Source: the human T2T-CHM13v2.0 reference genome, Homo sapiens
NCBI RefSeq assembly: GCF_009914755.1
Contig: NC_060935.1
Length of the DNA stretch: 64,000 bases
Strand: one strand, 5' to 3'
Made by a program: the position numbers and the translations under genes. The notes under the pieces are model-generated. The model did not search any database, had not been told where the DNA came from, and saw nothing but the letters and a program-made list of their open reading frames with translations. The first letter of the stretch is position 1; every line of letters begins with the position of its first letter. Positions 20,813-32,019 of the stretch are shown here, piece by piece.

Positions 20813-20860
20813 TTCCATGATCTTGAAGGTTTATGACATTTCCTAAAAATCACTAGTGGT

Positions 20861-21048
20861 TTGCCTGGGTGCAATGGCACATGTCTGTAATCCCAGCACT
20901 TTGAAAGGCCCAGGCAAGAGGATCACTTGAGCCCAGGAGTTTGAGATCAGCCTGGGCAACATAGTCTCTACAAATATTAATTAATTAGGAAAGAAAGAAG
21001 AAAAAATGAAGGAAGGAAGGAAGAGAGGGAAGGAAGGGAAGGAAGGAA
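20861..21048 (+). mobile_element. Alu left monomer (FLAM-type) with GGAA/GAAA-rich tail
   Basis: Single monomer GCCTGGGTGCAATGG...CAGCCTGGGCAACATAG followed by purine-rich low-complexity tail. Confidence 0.85.
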
Positions 21049-22942
21049 ACACTGGTGACTTGTTCGTAAAGCATATTTCTTACTCAAATGTTTCCAGTGC
21101 TGTCTCTCAACTGCAGAGGACAGTATTACCAGACTATTTTTTTTTTCCGGCATAATGTTGTCCTCTCAAGTTTTTTAAAATGCCCTCGCTTAATTTGTTA
21201 CCCACCATTATTCACATGCGTCCTTATCTTTTACTTGCCATCCACCTGAGGAAAAATCATTCCACAGTCCAAAAGAAAAGCTAATGAGACCTCCTAGGCT
21301 TCCTAGGGAAACTATGGGATATTTTCTATGAATCAGCAAATACTAAGCTCTCCTCTTTCATGGTGAACCAATAACAGATTTACATAGAGTGAAAGTCTGG
21401 TCCATACAGTCTGCCACAAAAGAAGGTGTTAGAGTTTTTGGTGCTAAGAGAATTTCACTTCTTGTCCATCTCCTAAAAGGCATACTGGAAATTGTCATGC
21501 ACACAAGCTGATGGGTTTAGCTTAAAAACAAATCAATGAAACTAGGAGAGGAGAATTGAATCATGAATAATAAATATTTGATTATCTCATTGTTTAATGT
21601 TCAGATGACACTTTAAATATTTAAGCTGAGTTAGATAAACTCAAAAATAAATTTGTCCTAACAGGTTATGAAATGATATCTAATGTAGTTTTTATTTGCA
21701 CTTCACTGATAATTAAGGATGTTGAGCATAATCTCATATACCTGTTGAGCATTTGCATATTTTTCTTAATAAATGTGTATTTGAGTCCTGTATTCATTTT
21801 TTAATTGGATTATATCTTGATTTTCAACTTTTTTATTTTTACTGTTGAGTTGGAGTTTCATATATATTTTGGATATTAACCCCATAGGTATATGGTTTGC
21901 AAATATCTTCTCTCATTCTGTAGGTGTATTAGTCCATTTTCATGCTGCTGATAAGGATATACCTGAGACTGGGCAATTTACAAAAGAAAGAGGTTTATTG
22001 GACTTACAGTTCACATGACTGGGAAAGCCTCACAGTCACGGTGGAAGGCAAGGAGGAACAAGTCACATCTCACATGGATGGCAGCAGGAAAAGAGAGAGC
22101 TTGTAATGAGAATCTCTCAATTTAGAATGATCAGATCTCATGAGACCCATTCACTATCACAAGAACAGCATGGGAAGGACCTGCCTTCATGATTCAGTCA
22201 TCTCCCATCAGGTCCTTCCCACAATATGTGGGAATTATGGGAGCTGCAAAATGAGATTTGGGTGGGGACAGAGAGCTAAACTATATCATTTCACCACTGG
22301 CCCCTTCCATATCTGATATTTTCACACTTCAAAACCAATTTTGCCTTCCCAACAGGCCCCTTTTAAGTCTTAAATAGTTTCAGATTGAACTCAAAATTCC
22401 ACAGTCCAAAGTCACATCCAAGACAAGGCAAGGCAAGTCCCTTCCACCTATGAACCTGTAAAATCAAAAGCAAGTTAGTTACTCTCTAGATACAATGAAA
22501 GCACAGGCATTGGGTAAATACAGCAATTCCAAATGGGAGAAATGGGCCAAAACAAAGGAGCTACAGGCTCCATGCAATTCCGAAATCCAGCAGGGCAGTC
22601 AAATCTTAAAGCTCCAAAATGATCTCCTTTGATTCCATGTCTCACACCCAGGTCATGCTGATGCAAGAGGTGGGTTACTGTAGTCTTGGGCAGCTCTGCC
22701 CCTGTGGCTTTGCAGGGTACAGCCTCCCTCCCGGCCACCCTCATGGGCTTGCATTGAATGTCTGTGGCTTTTCCAGTTGCATGGTGCAAGCTGAAAGTGG
22801 GTCTACCATTCTGGGGTCTGCAGGATGGCAGCCCTCTTCTCACAGCTCCACTAGGTGGTACCCCAGTAGGGACTCCGTATGGGTGATCCCACTCCACATT
22901 TTCCTTCTACACTGCCCTAGCAGAGGTTCTCTATGAAAAACC

Positions 22943-24216
22943 GAAAAAGAGCCCACATTGCCAAGTCAATCCTAAGCCAAAAGAACAAAGCTGGTAGCAT
23001 CACGCTACCTGACTTCAAACTATACTGCAAGGCTACAGTAACCAAAACAGCATGGTACTGGTATCAAAACAGACATATAGACCAATGGAACAGAACAGAG
23101 CCCTCAGTAATAATACCACACATCTACAACCATCTGATCTTTGACAAACCTGACAAAAACAAGAAATGGGGAAAGGATTACCTATTTAATAAATGGTGCT
23201 GGGAAAACTGGCTAGCCGTATGTAGAAAGCTGAAACTGGACCCCTTCCTTACACCTTATACAAATATTAATTCAAGATGGATTAAAGACTTACATGTTAG
23301 ACCTAAAACCATAAAAACTCTAGAAGAAAACCTAGGCAATACCATTCAGGACATAGGCATGGGCAAGGACTTCATGTCTAAAACACCAAAAGCAATGGCA
23401 ACAAAAGCCAAAATTGACAAATGGGATCTAATTAAACTAAAGAGCTTCTGCACAGCAAAAGAAACTACCATCAGAGTGAACAGGCAACCTACAGAATGGA
23501 AAAAAATTTTCACAACCTACTCATCTGACAAAGGGCTAATATCCAGAATTTACAAAGAACTCAAACAAATTTACAAGAAAAAAACAACCCCATCAAAAAG
23601 TGGGCAAAGGATATGAACAGACACTTCTCAAAAGAAGACATTTATGCAGCCAAAAGACACATGAAAAAATGCTCATCATCACTGGCCATCAGAGAAATGC
23701 AAATCAAAACCACAATGAGATACCATCTCACACCAGTTAGAATGGCGATCATTAAAAAGTCAGGAAACAACAGGTACTGGAGAGGATGTGGAGAAATAGG
23801 AACACTTTTAAACAGTTGGTGGGGCTGTAAACAAGTTCAACCATTGTGGAAGACTGTGGCAATTCCTCAAGGATTTAGAACTAGAAATACCATTTGACCC
23901 AGCCATGGTATATAAATACCATATATACCCAATGGATTATAAATCATGCTGCTATAAAGACACATGCACATGTATGTTTATTGTGGCACTATTCACAATA
24001 GGAAAGACTTGGAACCAACCCAAATGTCCATCAATGACAGACTGGATTAAGAAAATGTGGCATGTATACACCATGGAATACTATGCAGCCATAAAAAATG
24101 ATGAGTTCCTGTCCTTTGTAGGGACATGGATGAAGCTGGAAACCATCATCCTCAGCAAACTATCGCAAGGACAAAAAACCAAACACCGCGTGTTCTCACT
24201 CATGGATGGGAATTGA
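22943..24216 (+). pseudogene. Frameshifted L1 ORF2p C-terminal fragment (non-functional)
   Basis: ORFs 22933-23616, 23613-23897 and 23905-24216 translate to ORF2p motifs ([25 protein letters not shown]); no EN or RT domain. Confidence 0.9.
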
Positions 24217-24471
24217 ACAATGAGAACACATGGACACAGGACGGGGAACATCACACACCAGGGCCTGTTGTGGGGTGGAGGGAGAGGGGAGCGATAGCAT
24301 TAGGAGATATACCTAATGTACATGACGAGTTAATGTGTGCAGCACACCAACATGGCACATGTATACATATGTAACAAACCTGCATGTTGTGCACATGTGC
24401 CCTAGAACTTAAAGTATGGGGAAAAAAAAACCTCAAAAACAAAAACATAAAACAAAACAAAAGAAAAAAAA
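22943..24471 (+). mobile_element. 5'-truncated young L1PA (L1PA5-like) inserted in THE1-int
   Basis: High-identity L1 ORF2 C-terminus and 3'UTR with A-rich tail; TSD GAAAAACC at 22935-22942 and 24472-24479. Confidence 0.95.
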
Positions 24472-26944
24472 GAAAAACCCACCCCTATAGCAATCTTTTG
24501 CCTGGGCATCCAGGCATTTACATATGTCTTCCAAAGTCTAGACGAAGGTTCCCAGACCTCAATTCCTGACTTCTGTGCACTGGCAGGCTCAACACCACAT
24601 GGAAGCTGCCAAGGCTTGGGGCTTGCACTCTCTGAAGCCATGGCCCAAGCTGTACCTTGGCCCCTTTCAGCCACTGCTGGAGCAGGTGGGAAGCAGAGAC
24701 CAAGTCTCTATGCTGCACACAGCAGGGGAACACTGGGCCTGGCCCACAAAACCACTTTTTCCTTCTAGACCTCTGGGCCTGTAGTGGGAAGGACTGCCCT
24801 GAAGACCTCTGACATGTCCTGGAGACATTTTCCCTATTATCTTGAGGATTTACATTCAGCTCCTCGTTACTTGTGCAGATTTCTGCAGCAGACTTTAATT
24901 TCTCCTCAGAAAATGGGATTTTCTTTTCTATCTCATTTTCAGGCTGCAAACTGTCCAAACTTTTATGCTCTGCTTCCCTTTTCAAACTGAATGTCTTTAA
25001 CAGCACCCAAGTCACCTCTAGAATGCTTTGCTGCTTAGAAATTTCTTCACCAGATAGCCTAAATCATCTCTCTCAAGTTCAAAGTTCCACACATCTCTAC
25101 GGCAGGGGCAAAATGCCACCAGTCTCTTTGCTAAAACATAACAAGAGTCACCTTTGCTCCAGTTCCCAACAAATTCCTCACCTCCGTCTGAGACCACCTC
25201 AGCCTGGATATCATTGCCCATATAATTATCACCATTTTGGTTAAAGCCATTCAACAGGTCTCTAGGGAGTTCCAAACTGTCCCTGTTTTTCTGTCTTTTT
25301 CTGAGCCCTACAAACTGTTCCAACTTCTGCCTGTTACCCAGTTCCAAAGTCGCTTCCACATTATTGGGTATCTTTTCAGCGGTGTCCCACTCTAGTGGTA
25401 CAAATTTACTATATTAGTGCATTTTCAAACTGCTGATAAAGACATACCCAAGAGTAGGCAATTTACAAAGTAAGAGGTTTATTGGACTTATAGTTCCACA
25501 TGGCTGGGGAGGCCTCACAATCATGGCAGAAGGCAAGGAGGAGAAAGTCACATCTTTTGTGGATGGCAGCAGGCAAAGAGAGAGTTTGTGCGGAGAAACT
25601 TTCATTTTTAAAACCACTAGATCTCATGAGACTCCTCCACTATCATAAGAACAGCATGGGAAAGACCTGCTGCCATGATTCAGTCATCTCCCACTAGGTC
25701 CTTCCCTCAACATGTGTAAATTTTGGGAGCAACAAGATGGGATTTGGATGGGGACACTGAACCAAGCCATATCACTAGTCTACCTTTTCACTCTATTTCC
25801 TTTGCTCTGCAGAGATTTTCAGTTTGATATAGTCCCATTTGTCTAATTTTCTTTTTGTTGCATGTACTTTTGGTGTCATATTCAAGGAATAATTGCCAAG
25901 ATCAATAACAGAAAGCTTTTCTCCTATGTTTTATTCTTGGCAATTTACAGCTTCAGGACTTATATTTAATTATTTATATGTTGAGTTGGTTTTGTGTATG
26001 GTATATGGTATAAGATAAAGTTTTAATTTCATTCTTTTGCATGTGGATATTCACTTTTCTCAAAACCATTTGTTACAGATTATTCATTCCCCATTGTATA
26101 TTTCTGACACCCTTGTCAAGGATCAGTTGACTTTATACATGGGACTTCATTTCTGAGCTCTCCAGTTTCTTCCATTAGTGTATATGTCTGCTTTTAGGCC
26201 AATATACTGTTTTATGAAAGTTCACAAGCATTGGCAAGAATGTGGAAAATTAGAACCCTTGTACACTGTTGGTGGGAACACAAAATGGTGCAGTTGCTAT
26301 AGAAAATTATATAAAAATTAAGTAAAAATATAATTACTATATGATCCAGCAATCCTACTTCTGGATATATATCCAAAATAATTAAAATTAGGATCTTAAA
26401 GAGATTTTGACACTCTGCCAATGGCAGCTGCCTAACTTAATATCACAAATAAATGGTGGTGTTGGAATTCATGTCTATCTCAATTAAATCCCTTGTATTT
26501 TCCACAGCATCCTTCTCTATATATAATGTCAGACAGAGAAATCCAATATGAATTTGGAAGAACAAACATCATTCATTATGTAAGAATAAGATCAAAAGCC
26601 GCTTACTCTGCTTTTGTCTTAAATGGTCCAGCTCCTCAATGAGTAGCCACTCAATATCTCTAAGATAGGTAGAAAGACAAGTAACCTCCCATCATGAGTT
26701 TTGCCTCCTTTTCTCTTTTAGGAAAATAAATAATGTGGCTAAGCATGTGATTATGGAGAAACAATATGTATAACACAATGCAGGCTTTGGGGCCTTAATT
26801 TGAAATATGGCAATGTCTTTAAGCTTGCACAGCTTGCATCTTCATAGATAACATAAATAATAAGACATCTCATTTTCTTGTAGTGTGGACTAAATAAGAT
26901 GAAGCGTCTAAATGGTCCCATGCAATAAGTATTTGATAGCAATC

Positions 26945-27258
26945 TTTTATTTTATTATTATTGTTATTATTTTAGAGACAAGGTATCACTCTGTCACCCA
27001 GGCTGGAGTGCAGTGACTTGATCATAGCTCACTGCAGCCCCAAACTCCTGGCTCAAGCAATCTTTCTGCCACAACATCCTGAGTAGCTAGCACTGCAGGA
27101 GCATACCATCATACCCAAATAATATTTTGTTTTTATTTTTGTAGAGACAGGGTTTACTATGTTGTCCAGGCTGGTCTCAAACTACTGGCCTCAAGTGACT
27201 CTCCTGCCTCAGCTTCCCAAAGTGCTAAGAGTACAGGCATGAGCCACCATGTCCAGCC
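26945..27258 (-). mobile_element. AluJ element
   Basis: GATCATAGCTCACTGCAGCC and CTGGCCTCAAGTGA AluJ diagnostics on minus strand. Confidence 0.92.
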
Positions 27259-27779
27259 TCAAACTCTTTAAATAATATATTTTCACCTTTTATATAACTA
27301 CTAACCACTAAGATCTGGAATTTAACTAGGAAAGTTCTTGATTTTACATATTGAAATAAATTTTTCTAGTGTTGTAAAATCATTGGTGAAGTAATATGAT
27401 TTTCTTTTTTCTCAGAGAAGTACTGTGGGACACAGTAATGGTCTTGCCACTTCTGTTAACATTTGCCTCATTCTGCATGTGCCATTTCATTGGAACAGTA
27501 TTCCTTAATCTCTGTTTCAAAGTCTGCCTCTGGCCTTGACTTCTGCTGTCCTTACTTTTCAAACTGGAACTGAACTTGCCTAATTTCTCAGGGCTAAATT
27601 TGTAAAGCCTATTCCCCTAGATCATAGCCCTGGGGTATTGACATTACCAAGCAAAACTTATTCAACCATACCAAACTTATTCATTACTTCTTCTTGAACT
27701 TCCCCTGCCACCTGATATCTCACTATCTATCCTGGTATATGACAAGGAATTAATTACGATTAACAATTAACAACTGTGA

Positions 27780-27995
27780 CCTCAAGCTTTGGAGTCAGAC
27801 TGATCAGAGTTATTATAGATAATTATTAGTCATATAATTTGAGGAGTGGTATAACCTATCCGAAAATGGGATTGCTGATGTGTGGAAGGTAAATAGTAAT
27901 AATATGGACTCTAGAGTGTTGTTTATGGATTACGTGTAAAAAATATAGCAACTAGCACAGTCTTAAGTATGAATTAAATGCTCAATAAATTGTGG
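27780..27995 (+). mobile_element. MIR relic
   Basis: GCTTTGGAGTCAGAC ... TAGCACAGT...AAATGCTCAATAAAT. Confidence 0.55.
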
Positions 27996-28084
27996 TTTTG
28001 GCTATGATAGCAATGACGTTGCTGTTGATAATGGTTATAATTATTACCAGACATTATTTCCTATTACCTCATCTGGATTTAAAA

Positions 28085-29013
28085 AAAAAGATACATAATA
28101 ATTGTACATATTTATGGTGTACATGTGATGTTTTGATACTTGCATACAATGTGTAATGGCCATTTAAGAGTATTTAAGATAGCCATCATCTAGAATATTT
28201 ATTATTTAATTGCATTGAGAACATTTCAAATCTCTTCAAGCTATTTTGAAATATGCAATATATTGTTAATATAGTCACTGTGCTATGCTACTGAACACTA
28301 GGACTTATTCCCTCGGTCTAACTGTGTTTGTACCCATTAGCCAATCTCTCTTAATACCCCCTGCCCACCTCTTTGCAGACTCTGGTAATTATCATTCTAC
28401 TCTTAACCTACATGAGACAACTTTTTAAGCTTCTGGACATGAATGAGAATATCCAGCAACTCTACTACTGGGAATTTATCCAAAGGCAAGAAAATTGGTA
28501 TATTAAAGGGATAACTTTGATAGTTATCGCAACACTATTCACATTAGCCAAGATATGAGATCAAACTAAAGCATCCATCACTGGATGAATGGATAAAGAA
28601 AACATAGTATATAACCGCACATTCTCACCTATAAGTGACAGCTAAACAATAGATACACACAGGCATAAAGATGGGAACAACAGACACTGGAGGCTCCAAA
28701 ATGGGGGAGGGAGGAAGGAGGAAAGGGTTGAATAACTCTCTGTTGGGTACTATGTTCACTATGTGAGGGATGAGTTCAATAGAAGCCCAAACTCCAGAAT
28801 TCTACAATATATATATGTAACAAAATTGCACATGTTCTTCCTGAATCTAAAATACCTTTTTTAAAAAGAAAAAAAGGAAATGTGGTCAATTTAAAGAATG
28901 GAATACTATCTAGCAATAAAAAGAATGGATTTCTGTCATTTGCAACAACATGGATGAATCTGGAGGGTATTGTGTTAAGTGAAATGAGCTAGGCACAGAA
29001 AAGCAAATACCAC
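28085..29013 (-). mobile_element. L1MA 3' end with 5' inversion (minus 28085-28450; inverted part 28451-29013)
   Basis: L1MA 3'UTR on minus (ACATAATAATTGTACATATTTATGG), then plus-strand ATCCAGCAAC...CAGAAAAGCAAATACCAC. Confidence 0.8.
28614..28874 (+). mobile_element. L1PB-type 3' end inserted within the L1MA
   Basis: CACATTCTCACCTATAAGT...TTGGGTACTATGTTCACTAT...TGAATCTAAAAT plus A-rich tail; host L1 resumes at AAATGTGGT. Confidence 0.75.
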
Positions 29014-29370
29014 CTGGATATTTAAATTAGTCCTTTTAAAATAGTTATTTCCTAGCCTCACACTTTCCAGTGCTTTCATTTTTATTCAATGAATTGCAAG
29101 AAATGCAAGCCAACATACACCAAACTGATTATTTAGGGAGTTTCCTTTATATTAAGCTCAACATATGCTGATAATAAAGGGCATGTGAAATATAGAAAAG
29201 CAAAAGGAAAAGGGAAATGTATTTATAATACTGACACTTACTTATAAATACATTAATGTTCATAATGCTTTACCATACATTTAAAATTGTTCTTCATGCA
29301 AATAGCCTCACTAATCTTTCTGCATCCTAAATCTCTTTTTTCACCTGAACTTTCTAACCTCCACATACTA

Positions 29371-29959
29371 CAGTAGTCTTCCCCTTATCTGCAATTTTAC
29401 TCTCTGAAGTTTCAGTTACCCACAGTTAATTGTGGTCCAGAAAATGCAAATGAAAAATGCCAGATACAAACAATTCATAAGTTTTTAATTACAAGTCATT
29501 CTGAGTAGTGGAGCATGATGAAATCTCGCACCATCCCACTTTTTTCTGTCTGAGACGTGTATCACCCTTTTTCAGATTGACTGTTGTGATATTGCAGTGC
29601 TTACATTCAAGTTCAGTAGTAGCCTAATGCTTAATCATATTGCCTACATTTTTCACCTCACTTTATCCCATTATGTAGGGATTTTATAATCTCATATCAA
29701 CACCAGAAGAACAATACATACAGTATAATAAGATAGCTTCAGAGAGAGACCACATTCACATACCTTTCATTACGCTGTATTGTTATAATTGTTCTATTTT
29801 ACTATCAATTATTGTTGTTAATATTTTAATGTGTCTAATTTACAAATTAAACTTTATCATAGGTGTATTCATAGTGTGTAAAAGATTAGGCACTATCAAC
29901 GGCTCCAGGCATTCACTGGGGGTCTTGGAATGTATCCCCCACAGATAAGGGGGATACTG
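29371..29959. mobile_element. MER44 (Tigger7-derived) DNA transposon
   Basis: Terminal inverted repeats CAGTAGTCTTCCCCTTATCTG / CAGATAAGGGGGATACTG flanked by TA on both sides. Confidence 0.9.
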
Positions 29960-30409
29960 TATATCAATACCAAATGTAGAATTCAAGATGTAGCTGTGAA
30001 AAATAGTAAATTGAAAAGTAAATTCTGATATATTCCCAATGCTTGCCGCTAAGAAAACTAAAAAAGATTATTCTTTTTTTTTTTTCAGTGTGACCTAGCT
30101 AATTCATTGGAATGTGTGTTAATTCTTGCCCAGGAACTTATTCAAAGATGGCAATGTATTTGAATAGATGTACATAATATTGCTCATAAAAAGATGTCTG
30201 TCTGCCACACTGGCATAAACTATTATAAAATATTATACAGAGAGTCATTTCCTCTACAATCCATATCTTTGACATGCAAATCTTTTTTGATATACCACTG
30301 CTCCTTTTCCTCCTCTTACTAGTCACATTCATTCTATTACCACCCAATGTCTAATATGATTATAGGAATTCACTTACTTCATCCACCAGTTGATTCTTAC
30401 ACATCTTTT

Positions 30410-30670
30410 AGGTATCGACTAAAAACATCTCTTCCACAGGGCAATTATGATTTTATTCCTGTAGTCCCCCGACTTTTTTTGTTCTACACCTGGATTTTGA
30501 TCACATGCTTACTATGTATCTTTCTCATTGGGCTGTAAGCTTCCAGAGGATAGGAATGCATTCATTCTTGGTCACTTCTCTATGGCTAGCACTGATAGCA
30601 ATGCACATTGTGAAATGGGCTTCCAATAAAGTTGCTGAATATACGGATGAATGATGAAATGAATTAATAC
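30410..30670 (+). mobile_element. LINE-2 3' end relic
   Basis: CTGTAAGCTTCCAGAGGATAGG...CAATAAAGTTGCTGAAT..GGATGAATGA. Confidence 0.6.
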
Positions 30671-30842
30671 ATTTCTTTTGGGGTCTAATATATACTTCTG
30701 TTGTTCAGGGTTTGTGAGATCCAGCTTCTTTGATATTTTTATGGCACTTAAATTTTCAGTGAAGATAAGTGGAGATAGTGATATTTTTATCTTGGAAAAT
30801 ATTTATAGAGGGTCTACCATGTACAAACTCTAAACACCATAT

Positions 30843-31080
30843 AATGTAGTGCATAAAAGCATAGGGTTTTGCATTGTATAAATGTGAGTTTAATTCTTAG
30901 ATCTGTCATATACTAACTTCTGAGTGTTGTCAAGTTACTCAACATTCCTGATTTTATTTTTCTGTAAAGCTAAGATCATAATACCAACTTCTTACTAAGA
31001 TTGCTGAGAATATTTAATAATATTATGCATCTGATGTGCTTAGCAAAATGCCTGGCCCATAACAAACAGTAAATACATAT
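30843..31080 (+). mobile_element. MIR relic
   Basis: CAAGTTACTCAAC...TTTTCTGTAAA...GTGCTTAGCAAAATGCCTGGC. Confidence 0.7.
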
Positions 31081-31814
31081 CAGATCTTATTTCTCATTTT
31101 GATGAATAATTTCTTTGATGTTTAAACAGATTTTGGCAGGTATTATTGTCCCATTTGAGAGGACAATGCTGGACACTGCAGTTCAGAGAGTTGGATAAAT
31201 TTGTTAAATATGATATAGCTAACAGTTGCAAGAGTCAAAATTTCAAAGGTCTTTTTTGGTCCCAAATTCAGTGGGTTTACTCTTACCTCGTGTTCTGTTT
31301 CATCAACAAGAAGATTAAAGTAATTCCTCCTTTAGAATTGAAAAATATTACTCTTAATCCTGCATCCCTAAAATGTAAGTCACTATATAGTGCTCTGTTA
31401 GCCAGACATTTAGTTATGTTTTTTAAATTCTGCATTCTGAACAACTAGAAAAAATGTATTCTATATGTTTAAAATATAGCCATTCTTGAAAACCAAGCAA
31501 ATAAATATCACTTCCAGATGAGAAAATACTTAAAAATCTCTTTATAAAATCAATTAGAGGACACTAAAATGAAATTGATGATAGATATGGCATTCAAATG
31601 AGCTGAATGATAAGTTTATGTGGACAGAAAATGATTTTGACCTTGAAACTCTATTATCAGCTTAATTTAACACTGACTAAAGAACTAAGTTGAGACATTT
31701 TTAGTGAATTGATTATTTTTTTCCATTACTTGAAATGCTCTTTTATGATACTCCAAGACTCAAATTATAGAGCAACTGAACAATTGTTGATACACCCCCA
31801 CACACACACAACAC

Positions 31815-32019
31815 ATTATCAGATTATGAGCAATTTTATTCAATTTTTTTTCAAGCAAAGAAGTTCAGCTGTTTTTCCCCACTATAAATATGAAAATGGA
31901 ATATCTGACTTCTTCAATGTCTGTCCTATTTCTCAATCTTCTCTACTGATTAAGTCCATTATTTTTATGGAACTAAAAAGTCTCATTGGTGGTGGTGGCC
32001 CCTGTCTGTGCATTTGATC
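31815..32019 (-). other. Candidate 3'-terminal exon with poly(A) signal
   Basis: Minus strand: TTTTAATGTGGTTTTTATGTTCAG|GATC acceptor; AATAAA (plus 31835-31840) followed ~20 nt later by GT-rich TGTGTTGTGTGTGTGTG. Confidence 0.4.

Larger units (their letters stand above)
21925..25774 (-). mobile_element. Complete THE1 MaLR provirus (LTRs 21925-22288 and 25410-25774 plus THE1 internal region)
   Basis: Two ~365-bp direct repeats T(G/A)TATTAGT..ATTTTCA..CTGCTGATAA...ATATCA flanking THE1-int sequence. Confidence 0.95.
21657..26420 (+). mobile_element. Old L1M element with 5' inversion, interrupted by THE1 (L1 pieces 21657-21924 and 25775-26212 inverted; 26222-26420 forward)
   Basis: L1 ORF2 C-terminal sequence on minus either side of THE1, then plus-strand CAAGCATTGGCAAGAATGTGGAAAATTAGAACCC...ATGATCCAGCAATCCTACTTCTGG. 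Confidence 0.75.

Noticed and set aside
22933-23616. Longest ORF (227 aa) as a host gene
   Set aside because: It is L1 ORF2p C-terminal sequence in a 5'-truncated copy; the ATG comes from flanking THE1 sequence and the frame shifts at an A run.
22475-25359. 100-165 aa ORFs in THE1 internal sequence
   Set aside because: Fragments of the decayed MaLR internal region, split by an L1 insertion.
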